From the NCBI GenBank assembly GCA_040954595.2, contig CM082578.2, positions 2,958,831 to 3,022,830 of the forward strand: DNA of 64,000 bases, in the 5' to 3' direction. The position numbers and the translations under genes are program-made. The first letter of the stretch is position 1. Each line of letters begins with the position of its first letter. Shown in pieces: positions 38,715-51,500 of this stretch. This stretch comes from Balanoglossus misakiensis. Lineage: Eukaryota > Animalia > Hemichordata. A model generated the notes under the pieces. That model searched no databases and was not told the DNA's origin. It worked only from the letters and a program-made list of their open reading frames with translations.

Positions 38715-41700
38715 AATAATTTCCCCAATATTGTACATTTTCAATTTGATCTCAGGATTGAGCCAGATCATCAACCTCTGTTGTTCAATGTTGTAACAAA
38801 CCCTTCAAGTTCAGATACCATTCAAAATGCTCATGATAGTGACGTCACTGACAACCCAAATACTGCGACTAGTTTTGTCAAATATGTTTGGGACAATGAG
38901 AAATCAGATTCTTTTTATGAATATTGGGATTCTACCCAAGCCAGAGAATGTATAGTCAATTTTGAGTTACATATCGCAAACTTAAATGTTGACGAGGCCG
39001 CTATTTGCCTTGTGAAGATGTTGCAGTCAGCAGCGAATGAGATGAAACATACATGTTATTATGCTGTAAGACAAACTGATCTCCAAAAGAATTCTGGGAA
39101 CTCATGGTATGACAACGAATGTAAGAATTTTAAGCGAACTTTAAACACTTATGTAAATAGATATAGAAATAACAGATCGATATGGAATTTAGAAATATTG
39201 AAAAGATGTAAGCACGAGTACCGTGAGTTTGTCACATGGAAGAAGCAAAGCTTCAAGGTTTGTAATCTTCATTCACTTATGGTTGCGGCCAAACAAACGA
39301 ACTCCAGGTATTTCTGGTCATTGGAAAAGGGGAAGTCAATTTCCCCTTCTTCTGAAATTAACACTGACGACTGGTTGAATTATTTTAATTCCCTTTTAAA
39401 TACACCAGGTTTAGAAAATGATAGTTTTGTAGATTTCTACGATGAAATTAAGAATTTTGTTGATAATGTTGAGATGGAGGACGAAAGAGTCCATGTTGAC
39501 GTTGATTTACTCAATTCTGCTATTACTCTGGATGAAATTAACGTTTGTATTAAGAAGCTCAAAAGGGGCAAAGCATCTGGTATTGATGGTATTAGCCCAG
39601 AATTTTATAGAAATTGTCCACTTGTTATAAAGGAAATGATGTGTAAACTGTTCAATGTTGTTTTTGAAGCGGGAATGTTCCCACCCCAATGGGCACATGG
39701 TGTCATTGTTCCTATCTACAAAAAGGGGGACAGAAACTGTACAAATAACTATAGAGGTATTACCCTGTTACCAATAATGGGAAAGATTTTTTTGTAATAT
39801 TCTTGATAACAGATTGCACAAATGGCTAGACGAAAACCACACCATTGTCGAAAAACAAGCGGGATTCAGAAAATCTTATTGTACCTCAGATAATTTATTT
39901 ATTGTCCATACAATTATTTCAAAATACTTAGCAAATAAAAAGGGTAGATTATATGTAGCTTTTATTGACTTTGAAAAAGCTTTTGATAGAATTGACCATT
40001 ACTGTTTGTTTTATAAATTACTCCAATCCGGTGTAAATGGTAAAATGTATAATGTTATTCACTCTATGTATCAAAATGTCAAATCTTGTGTACGAACACC
40101 AACCTGTATTACTGAGCTATTTACATGTAGCTATGGCGTTCAACAAGGTTCAGTGTTGTCACCTCTTTTGTTTTCAATGTTCATTAATGACATTGGGGAA
40201 TCTCTAGGAAGTACTTCACATTTTTCTGGAGTTGATATTGGTATTTTGAAACTTATCTATTTACTTTTCGCAGATGACCTTACCTTAATCAGCAGCTCTA
40301 AAACATGTCTTCAACGTTTGTTAAACAAATTGTTTGATTATAGTAGTAAGTGGAAACTGTCTGTCAACATGAATAAAACTAAAATCATTGTTTTTAGGAG
40401 GGGTGGAAGCCTAAAGAATTACGAGAAGTGGTTTTATAATGGGTCACGGGTGGCAGTTACATCTTATTTGGGCATTGTATTCTCCTGGACTGGGCAATGG
40501 TTTCAAGCACAGAAATGTTTAAGTGAGCAGGCTAACAGAGCCCTTTTTAGCTTAAAATCTTGTCTCTGTAAGTTTGGAACTCTTCCGCCATCACTAGCTT
40601 TAAAAATTTTCGACTGTAAAATCCTACCAATTCTACTATATGGCTCCGAAATCTGGGGCTTTCACCATTGTAAAAATATTGAAATGGTCCATAATAGTAT
40701 GATGCGTTTTATTTTAAATTTGTATACAAATACCTCCATTGCTGCCATTAGGGGGGGATTGGGTAGAGTATTATTGCGAGTGCATCTACATTGTAAGATA
40801 ATCAAATACTGGCTTAGAATTGTAAATATGGATACAAATAGACTATTTTTGGGCTAAAATGTTAAATATTTGCTCCAGAGTTATGGTTTTGGGGAGGTCT
40901 GGGATCAACAAGGAGTTGGGAGTGAAGCCGATTTTTTGAAAAGTTTTAAGCAGCGTTGTATTGACATAGATATCCAGCTTTGGTCGAATGTAATGAATAA
41001 ATCACGTAAATTAGATACATATGCCACTTTTAAAGAGAACTGATTTTAGAACCATATTTAACTTGTATTGATAAAGCCATTTTCAGAATTGCACTCTGTA
41101 AATTTAGAACTTCAGCACATAACTTGAAAATTGAATCTGGACGCAAGAACAATACTCCAAGGGCTCTAAGAATTCGTGAAATGTGTTATTGTAACACTGT
41201 GGAAGACGAGTTTAACTTTTTACTTGTTTGCCCATTGTACAATGAACTACGCCAGAAGTATTTTTCGCAATTTTATTTTAATCCCCCATTGTTATATAAC
41301 TTTAAGCTACTCTTAACATCCCAACATACAACTACACTGAGAAATCTTAGTAGGTTTATCTTTTATGCCACCAAACTTAGAGAGGATGCCATCAACAACA
41401 CTTAATACATTCGTTTATTATTTATTTATTTATTGCTCTGCTGTGTCAACATCTCTAGCGATAAGCTAACAATTTATACTTACTGACGTGTACATTTTGG
41501 CCAGAGGCCACCAGTACTGAAATAAAAATATATCTATCTATGATAGCCACGCGTTTCTTAGCAGCCATAGCACTATCAACTGAACACCCGTAACAAGGAG
41601 GCGATTCTACGATTGTCGTTTCGTAGAGCAGACACTTGCCTCGAAGTCCTGTAACTTGCTGATTTTAACATCGACATAGAAAAACTGTGTTGCGATTCAC

Positions 41701-43076
41701 CGGATACTATCCAGGAGAATCTAGGTCATGTTAACTCAGAGCAGACCCGACACAGTGGTCGACAGAGTGCATTGCCCAGTCCTTGTGTGACCTTTTGTAC
41801 CTGTGTTGTAGTAACGTCTGCGCCCAGACGCTGTTGTCTGCCCTTCGACGGAATTGAGTATTGTGGGAAGGTCATTCATGCATTAGTTTTCAATGGGGAC
41901 TAAGACTGCCCCAGATAATCATCGACTGAGGTGGAGTCAATGCATTCTCTTAGGGACAATGCATTCAACTATCCCTACATTTAACAGTGTTGTATACCTC
42001 ATGCTAGGGATAGTGTGTGCAATGTGCGTAAGAAAGTCGACGACTCACTGTAGTAAGAGTTTCAATAGATGTCTTTTAATTGGCTTTCATGATTGTGTGT
42101 GTAAAAGTCCTCTCCATAACTACGCATAATGAACTCAAACTCATTGGAACTGTTTTTACATTTAGTTATAATCGGCTAAAAAACATTAGAAGTTCCATTT
42201 GTAACATATTGATAAGGTCCGCCATCTGGAAATTTTGATGACCAAGTGAGATTTGTATGACCCACCTAGGTAAAAACTGGGTAAAGACTGAAAGAATTCC
42301 GAAGTTCGTAAATGTTTAAGTTCTTTGCCATGTGTCCTATTCCCTGAAAGTTGTGGGTTACCCAAGGGGTATCCTGTCGATTCGTGACCAGTTGCCCCTT
42401 GACACAAATTTGAAAAGTGAAAATCGATTGACAGAATGGTGGACATGGTGTTGAAGACTTGCCAAATGACCTGGCCTTCAGTATCTCTGATTCTTATCTA
42501 GAATACTTCTTTTTTGTTGTTGTTTTTTTCTTATCTGTTACATTTATTTCAAAGAGTTTATCCCATCAAATACATATACCTCTATGTTAACTGTGGCAAG
42601 TAATTCCAAATTAACGTTAATATATTAGTTAAAGCAGATGTACGTGCATCTTGCATGTAACAAAGTTCATTCGCTATATTTTGAGGCCACTAACCGGCAC
42701 TGAGTTAAAGCTAAAGGAATCTGAAGCAGCTTAAAAAAAACATTCGACGACGTCCAAGAACATTTGTCTATCCTTACAATTAACACAGTAAATTGGTATA
42801 TTATTTTCAACACAACTAAGTAGTTTGTAGGTTTTTCATACTATGTGTCTGGTACACCTCAAACATAGGTACCGATTTCAAAATGCCTTGGAAATTCTTT
42901 GTGTTCGAGTGTTACAATAAACGTCTCCCATGATAAGAAAAAACGTCTAAGTTCATGAAACTGAATACCGCACTTTGTTTATTTTGCAACAAAGTAACCG
43001 TTTCAAACGTTCGTAATCCCACTGTGAGATCGTCTGTAGTCTACTCTGAACCTTGTATGAGGATGTTTTGCACTGA

Positions 43077-43285
43077 CAACCAAGGAAACTTCGTAATGAT
43101 GAAGAGCAATATATCGAGTATTTAAAACGACAAACTCCTTCGATTTCATACGAAGAAATTCAACAAAAATTGGCGGAATTTTCGCAAGCAGACGTGTCTA
43201 TACCCACCGTCTGTAGAACCGTCAGAAATCGTTTGTCCAACAAAACGTGGACTTGGAAAAAAATGACGTGTTGCAAACGACGAGA
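43077..43285 (+). pseudogene. Tc1/IS630-like transposase paired/HTH DNA-binding fragment
   Basis: Frame without ATG: QPRKLRNDEEQYIEYLKRQTPSISYEEIQQKL...VSIPTVCRTVRNRL...WTWKKMT. Confidence 0.65.
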
Positions 43286-43291
43286 GTTGTT

Positions 43292-44179
43292 TAGCGTGTC
43301 GAATGCTGCTCTACGAAGTTCGTAGTTACCTTCTGACCGGGACATTTACGCTTGAACGGACTGGGTTCCCCCCACTTCGTGTCGGTATATTCCTCTGAAG
43401 CAGAGACGTGAATTGCTAGTCCCGCGGGTTGCAGTGTATCCCGTCTGTTGAACTTTGTTTTAGAGAATCGACGTATTGCGAAGAGAGACGATTGAGATGA
43501 GCATAAGCAGTGTAGGATAGAGACGACGTACCAAACTGCCGTGTTGTATTCTGAATTTGTGTTGTTGAAATAAATACAACGGAAGAGTTTGAACCGCATT
43601 GCTGTATGGACTGATAGTTTTGTGGCAAATTCGGGCGTGCGAGGCCGCCGCTAACCTTGCAGCGATCACCCGGCCGCTTGAGAACTTTCTCGACCTACGC
43701 ATGAACTTGTTTGTGGCAGCAAAATATATGAACTCAGTGTGACAGGCTACATTGTTTGAAAAATAAGGTCGGCGCGTCATCGCGCCCAGCGGATTTTTTT
43801 TCAAATCTGGCTTTTTCAACGTGTATGTTTGGCGTTCCTGATTAGTATAAATCCATGTTCTTGTTCCGCTATTTCCATTCCGAAAACCCCAAAGTTTTAA
43901 ACGTGTACACTTTGACCAGAAAAGGCCTCAGACACCTTCATATGCTGTCCGGCAGCCGGGGTGGGATATCCGACTGCAGTGCAGCTCAAAGTGGCGTGGA
44001 GCTTGTCATGTTTGGAGCGGTGCAGCCGGCCGGTGGATCGACGTCTTCGCCTACACTTTCATACCCGCCGGCGTGCGGCAATCGGCAAGAATCCATCGGG
44101 GGAACCCAGTCCGTTCACGCGCAAATTGTCCCGGTCAGAAGGTAACTAAGAGCTTCGTAGAGCAGCATTCGACACGCTC
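43292..44179. mobile_element. Non-autonomous DNA element with ~85-bp TIRs
   Basis: AGCGTGTCGAATGCTGCTCTACGAAG...TGAACGGACTGGGTTCCCC at 43293 and its reverse complement at 44097-44178. No TSD identified. Confidence 0.8.
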
Positions 44180-44463
44180 AACAACAACTTCAACTGCGCA
44201 TTGGGATGGGAGGCGCCTCTTTGTCTACTAAATTGTGACGCTGTGGTAAATTGTTGCAAAATTTACGTTTGCGGTATGCAGTACAGTCGTTTCTCTTTGC
44301 TACAAAAGACGCATATTTTATCACCAGAGGACAAAGAATGTCCAAGCTATTTTGAAATTGGTAGTAATATAAATCAAGTTAATGTATGACCCCCTGACTA
44401 AATATCCCACGACTAAAGCTATGCAGTTATGAGACAAGATAATGAGGCAATGCTCTGTGTACC

Positions 44464-47400
44464 TCACTCCTTTCCCTCAATGGAAGGGTAACCTTTTAAA
44501 GCAGAAATTGTGTTTGATATGGCATTCACAATGCGATCCCTGGCCCCAGGCCATGCACCTGGTCCCTGCAGACGATACCAGTAAGGAACCATTGGACCAT
44601 ACTCAAACTTCATTGCTAGTTTAGGATCCTTTAGAAGGAGACGCCAGAAAGATGGTTTAACACCAAGAAGTTCGGCTGCATCTTCTATAATAGGTGCAAA
44701 TGGAAGCTGTGAATAAATACATTTATAGGTGTAAGTGTATTTCTTCTTAGAAAAAATAGTATATCGTGAATGTTTGATGTGAAATTCAAAATGCCATGTT
44801 TTATTCTTGCACAGAGATAGTAAACAAGAAAGTTGTTTTTCTATGTCAGTAAGAATAGAGTTGGTCAATGAAAGCCCTTACGTTCATAATCTTGGTTCCT
44901 GTGTACTTTGGTCTCTGGTCAATATCTCGCTGCATTCTTACTTTGTCAGGCAGAATGACTCCCCCTGCAAAAACTCTTGCTGCTAATCTTGCGTGCATTT
45001 CACAGACTTGCCAGTGTGGTCCGTAGACCGACACTATGTTGACCAATGCCAGTCGCTCAGGGTGCTGAAGGCGCACAGGAAACATGTACATGTACAAGTT
45101 TACATTATCTGACTCATCTGTAAAAGTAAGTGTGAATGCAAACGTTTGTTAAATTGTTTCTTAAAATATAAAATGGTTGTGTGTTAATATTTCACTTACA
45201 GTCTAGTGTGGCTCATATAGAATGCTTATGGTGATTAACGCCAGTCGCTTATTATTGTATTGAGCTTCAATCAAAAGCCCTATTCTAATTGAATTAAGAC
45301 ACTTTACCATAAACCCATGTTTTGTCAATAACTGGTACTGCCCACTCATATCCTGTGGCAAAGATGACTGCTTCAATATTTTCCAGTGTAGTGCCGTCTT
45401 TCAGGATGACATCATTGTTTTGGAATTCTTTAATTTCTGCCACTGGTTTGATCTGACCTTGTACAATTCTATCTTGCAAGTCATCGCAGATTATCCCATC
45501 CTTATTTAAAGGATATGGGTCTTTGCTCTAAATAAATAAATAAATAAATGAAAGAATGAATGAATGAATGAAGGAATGAATGAGCAAACAGTCAAACAAA
45601 CAAACAAACAAACAAACATACATAAATTTTATAATAATGTCACTGACTTGTTTGTGACAATCAAGCATACTGCTAAAATAACAACTGGATTTCTTTTTTT
45701 GCAAAATTACTGCTCTTACCTGGACACCAAACACACTCTGGTCTAGTACCCTAGTGTCGCACAACTTTTGCAGCACACCGATTTGTTTTGATGGTGACCA
45801 TACTAGTGATCGTTTTAAGAAAGTCATGTCATACGGTAGCCCGTCTTGGCCTATTCGGGGGAAAAACGAAACTCCATGGCGCATACTCAAGTATACCTAG
45901 AAAGAAAGAACGCTAAGATTGTGTTTCATCATGGTCCCTCCATCATTATAAATCAATATTTTAGGCAAGCTTTTGCAAGGTCTTCTTGCTAATCACATAC
46001 CCAGGTCTAACGAAATGATTCATACCTGTATATGTGGTCTAATTTTAATATTTTCAACCCTTCTTGAGATATTGTGTTAATAGTATTAACAGCCAGAGGG
46101 GCTCACTCGTGGCCCCAAAATGACAGAAATCGGAGAGAAAACATTTTGCAATCTGTAATTTTGTCAACATATATCTATAGCCTATACGAACCTGTCCACC
46201 ATTGCGAGAAACTTCAGAAGAAACTTCAGAGCCAGTATGGGCGCAACCTGTAACAAAATAAGTAACACACTATGGGTAACATTTGTGATTTGACCAACTA
46301 GGGTTAAACTAACTAACTATAACTGACAAAATAATTCATGTATTAATAACATCTTACCAACAACTAAGACTTTCTTTCCTTTGAATTTGCTACTTTCCCG
46401 ATATTCATTCGCATGGATCTTTATTCCCTTGAAGTTTTCTTGACCAGGATAGACAGGTGTATGTGCTTTGCTATAGGCACCAGTACACACCATGACGTAA
46501 TCGAAGTTTTCAACGGAAGCTGTGCCATCATTGGTCAGCAGATGGAGCCTCCAGTACTCGTTGCCGTCATGCATTTCAACTTTGGTCACATTGGTGTCAA
46601 ACCTGATGTACTTCTTGAGGTCAAAGTGAGCTGCGTAGTCTTGCAAATATTTCACACAGAGGCGGTGACCACAAAAGGGTGGACACTCCTTCGGAAAGGG
46701 AAAATCTGACATTGTTTGTATTTCCTTGCTGTTGTTGGCCACAACGTTGTCATATAGTGCAGCTCCTTGACCAGGTCTCAACTCAGATGTGTAGTTCCAT
46801 ATTCCACCTAAAAGATGGAAAAATGATGAAAGTGTATTATCATTAGTGCTTGGCGACTCGTCATAATTCAGGAATCGGATCAAGAATATGCAGTTGATTC
46901 ACATAACAAAAATACTGAAATCATAGTCCAAAGTTACAGCTAATGGGACTTTAAATAACCAAAGGACACCAGAGGGACCATGTTTTTCAATTAATTATAC
47001 AGCGGTACTTGTAATTCTCAGGCTAGACTAAACACTGTGTTTAGACTAAACACTGTGTTTAGTCTACTGTCACTTCACAATGATAACACGACCTACATCA
47101 ACGCCACAGCTTACATTCAATTTTTAAGAAAAACAAACCGTGTCCTACTTTGTGTCAGAGTCTGATGAACGTTGATGTAGGTCGTGGTAGTCAGAGACAA
47201 CCGTGCATAATGTAGGTGTGCCAGAATCAGAAATATGTGAGAGAATAAAGCATTACTCATTCTCTTAAATCGCAAAAAGAAGTTCCCGCATACGTGTTTT
47301 TTCCTGCTGGTGTAGCAAATAAAGAGTGGTTCAAGTGCACATGGAATTTGGGACATGTAAGTTATTTGTCTGTACTCTAAATGAGTAGATGCATATGTTC

Positions 47401-47802
47401 ACATGATAGATGGGGTGACTACTTGCAGATTACTGGCACTGCCGCCTGATTTAGCGAAAACAGTCATTTTTTCACGTGAGCGTTGTAAAGCCGTTACAGA
47501 CTAGATCTACGCTTGAAATGCAAGGATCAAATTTGAAGCACACTGAATGAAGCAACGAATCATGTCAATGGTTATTGCTAAATAAGAATATTATACGTTA
47601 GGAAGGGGACAGCGAAACGGGGTTAAATCCTACTCCTTTGAATATCCTTATTGTAATCGTTGTTTGATTCAACATTCTTACCAAGTTTGTCGTGTCTCTC
47701 GAAACACGTCGGCTCCAACCCATCTTCTTCCAGACAACTCTTGATTGACGCGAGGCCAGAAACGCCGGCACCAATGATAGCCACGCGTTTCTTAGCAGCC
47801 AT
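44464..47802 (-). CDS. FMO: Flavin-containing monooxygenase copy B, 7 exons, ~500 aa, apparently intact
   Basis: Exons 47802-47682, 46807-46358, 46247-46192, 45896-45720, 45527-45308, 45117-44882, 44706-44464, 1503 nt with consistent phases. Motifs [40 protein letters not shown]. Confidence 0.92.
45529..45623. repeat. Compound microsatellite (AAAT/GAAT/CAAA) at an FMO B intron acceptor
   Basis: Directly visible. It forms the T-rich tract upstream of exon 5. Confidence 0.85.
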
Positions 47803-48558
47803 AGTGCTAACTGATTACCCGTTAACAAGGAGTTTATTCCGCGATTGTCGTCTTCTTGAGAAAACACTGTCCTTGAAGCCCCTTAACATTCGGATTATTA
47901 GCATCGATGTTCAATGCCTGTATTGCGAGTGAATTTAGGTCATCCTAGTACAGTGCAGGGTTCAGTACGATCAAATGACTTTCATGTGACCTTCATGTAC
48001 TTCTTGTGTGGTAAAGGTATCTGCATCACTCCGTGTCAGAGGTGAAATCCATATGTACTAAGTGTATTGTGATTAAGAAGGTCGACAACTTACTGTAGAT
48101 AGATTGTAGAGATTTAACGTAATTCTTACTATTTTTTTCAATACTTTTAGTTCATGTACCAATTGCATTGTACTGTCCTTCCTTCATTATCCCAGGATGG
48201 CAAGTTTTCAGTACAACATCACCAAGTCATTTATATTGACCATTTACACATGATTGCGAATGTTAACAAATGCAGTTAAGAGTTTGGACCTGAACACCGT
48301 TTTAGAAGAATAACAGTATCGTTATCCGCACAATGACTACAGTGAGAAAAATTACACTAAGCATTCATTTCTGTTTTGGGGTTCCTTGCAAGATTCCTTG
48401 GCTGAAACAACAAAAAAAAACAAAAAAAAAACACAACAACAATTACAAAAAATAGACTAATGCTGCAGATAGGGGATTCTTTAATATTCTATGATCGTAC
48501 TCATTGATGTTCTTCTCATGTAATAGTATTAATTAAACACGTTTATCAGTCCCTTTCT

Positions 48559-51500
48559 TCAATATGGAGGGTAACCTTTCAAAGCAGAAATTGTGTTTGG
48601 TAGAGCATTCACGATGCGATCCCTGGCCCCAGGCCATGCGCCTGGTCCCTGCAGACGATACCAGTAAGGAACCATTGGGCCATACTCAAACATCATTGCT
48701 AGTTTAGGATCCTTTAGAAGGAGACGCCAGAAAGATGGTTTAACACCAGGAAGTTCGGCTGCATCTTCTATAATAGGTGCAAATGGAAGCTGTGTATGAA
48801 ATACATTAATAAACAATTAGACAAGGAACAATCACATGATATCACATTGTGTGATACATCATAACGTAGATGCGGCGGAAAATAGTAAAACAGTATTATG
48901 TGGTGAGCTGTATGGCGGCCCGTGGCTGCCAATGCTAAAATGCATAAATATATCTATAGTTTGTGTGTTTTTGTTTTTGTTTTTGTTTGTTTGTTTGTGT
49001 GTTTTTGTTTGAAAAGAAAATGAAAAGAAATTAAAAACAAAACAAAATAAAGATATAAATAAAATAAAAACGAAATTAAAAACAAAATTGAATAAAAAGA
49101 AAATTGAAAAGAAAAGAAAACAAAATAAAATGAAAAGAAAATTAAAAAAAATTAAAAACAAAACAAAATAAAAATATAAATAACCATCTGCCACGCAGAG
49201 CTACATATAGTATACTACGAGACAGGCGATGATGCATCGATGACAGGCCTGGCCGGCCCCGTTCATGTTGTTGTACAAAGCGTCGTCACAAAATACTGTA
49301 AAACACTTTATTTTCGCGAGTCAAAATTTTCGAGATATCGATAGAGGCCACTGCTTCGCGAGTATTAATTTTCACGTTCCCTTATCTCATTCACTGCATC
49401 GTTATCTTCAAAACAATGTACGCGACTTTTTATTTTTACGCTCTTTTAGCTCTCGCTTATTTGGCGAAAATTAATTGCTCGCGAAAATAAAGTGTTTTTC
49501 AGTACTGTGGCAGCTGTAGGCTAATGGCAGCTTTCGTCCATGGACTATGGCAGCTGTAGTCCATGGGTGAAAAAATTTTCATTCTGAAAAAAAAAATCTT
49601 TGCGATATGGCCAGGGCCTGCCACTGCCACTGCCACGCGTGTTATGTCTATGGTGGCCGAAATGCATGCCGGTAAACTATGGCAGCTCTCGTCCATGGCT
49701 AAAACGAATTGAATTCCATTTCATTTCACTTTTAACTTCTTCTTTTTTTAACTTTTTTTTTTAACTTTTTTTTTATTTCTTTTCGTTTTCTTTTCATTTT
49801 ATTTTGTTTTATTTTCTTTTCAAATTTTTTTTATTCAATTTTGTTTTTAATTTCGTTTTTATTTTATTTATATCTTTATTTTGTTTTGTTTTTAATTTTG
49901 TTTCATTTTCTTTTCAAACAAAAACACACAAACAAACAAAAACACAAACAAAAACACACAAACTATAGATATATTTATGCATTTTAGCATTGGCAGCCAC
50001 GGGCTGCCATAGAGCTGCTATGAATTGACAAATTTTTGACAAAATGAAAATAAATAGAATTGGAATCATGAAATAGTAGAAGAGAATTGCATCATTGAGT
50101 TATTTACTAAACCCTTACGCGAATGGCTTTGTTTCCTTTGATGTTTGTTGGCTGCTTGCTAGTTTCTCGCTGCATTGTTGCTGTGTCAGGCAGAGAAATG
50201 TGCCCTGCAAAAACTCTGGCCGCCAATCTTGCGTGAATTTCGGCAACAGGCCAATGTTGTCCATTAACCGGAAACATGTCTATTAATGCCAATCGCTCTG
50301 GGTTTTCAAGGCGTGCTGGAAATACATACTTGTACAGGACGACGTTGTCTGATTCATCTGTAAAGGCAAGTGATGGCAAGTTTACAATACATTTTAGTAA
50401 ATGGCTTAAATGTATATTTACTGAGACGACTTAAATATTGATACACCACCAATTGACCAATGACATAATTGAAGGTGAAATCTCCATGAAAATATTAGGT
50501 TAGTAAAGTTGACTGCTGCCTTACAATAATTACCATAAATCCACCGTTTGTCGATAACAGGTACAACCCACTCATATCCAGTAGCAAAGATGACTGCATC
50601 AACATTTTCTAGTGTAGTGCCACCATTCAGTATGACGTCATTGTTTTGGAACTCTTTAATTTCCACCACGCGTTTGATTTGACCTTGTGCAATCCGGTCC
50701 TGCATGTCATCACTGATTAAAGCGTTCGTGGGATCTACATCTCTGCCCTGAAAAGGGTGTTATAATTAAACACAAAGTATGATATAAAGCTATTGCATTT
50801 GATGAGATTGAGACAAAATATGAGAATTTGACAAATCTTCCATACTCCCAAGTTTTACTGAAATCAATAAAACGGAAGGCACGAAAATACATCAAAAGTT
50901 CAATGTCTGATATCAAACTTATTCTTTTCGTTGGCAATAAACAATGCATTGTGGCAAATATATCACTCTCTGTTTGAAAAAACGCACACATATACAGAAT
51001 GGTATAGTATACATACTTGAAGACCAAATACATTCTGGTCACATACTCTGGTTGCGTATAACTTTTGCACAATCGAGAATAGTTTTGTCGGCGACTTCGT
51101 TGCTGATCGTGTCAGAATGGCCATGTCAGCTGGTACGCCATCTCGTCCTATGCGTGGAGGAAATAAGACGCCGTGGCGCATACTCAAGTATACCTGGAAA
51201 GAAGGGCGCCAGTTATCATAGAGAGTGTATCCAGGTAATCAAATATATGGAACAACATATAGTGAACTGTGAGCTCTATTTGTTTTGATGTAGTGCGTGT
51301 CACTGACAAAGATGGCTGCCAACGAGTACGACCCTTATTACTAAACTTAGGGGGTCCTTGCAATCTGCTGAGTACCCCCTATAACATCTCTTTTTTCACA
51401 GAACAAGCTGGCATCATGCATTCAATGGAGACAAATATACAAAGTTTTGAACACTAAAACTTGAATAAATTCCAAATCAACAGTCAAACATATTAACTCG

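Larger units (their letters stand above)
30987..41537 (+). mobile_element. Full-length RTEX-like LINE with 14-bp TSD, hosting three nested insertions
   Basis: TSD CTATGATAGCCACG at 30973-30986 and 41538-41551. 5'UTR, then ORF1 31129-32077 (coiled coil plus L1-ORF1-like RENLIFRGI, FDRVHR, VTEDF). ORF2 pieces at 32166-32626, 35766-36044 and 38715-41405. 3' AATAAA. Confidence 0.93.
28926..41568 (-). pseudogene. FMO: FMO copy A, pseudogene split by a 10.5-kb nested insertion
   Basis: ATG at 41568 ([10 protein letters not shown]) continues at 30986 (GAGVSGL...) to a donor at 30883. Exon 2 is 30381-29932 ([12 protein letters not shown]). Exon 3 is ~29505-29457. Exon 4 is ~29103-28926 with a frameshift. 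Exons 5-7 were not found. Confidence 0.88.

Noticed and set aside
47024-47066. Short tandem/palindromic TAGACTAAACACTGTGTT duplication (a similar 19-bp duplication lies at 38323-38361)
   Set aside because: Too short; consistent with local slippage or a TE footprint.
48859-49194. Phe-rich ORF resembling a membrane protein
   Set aside because: Low-complexity arm of the foldback element.
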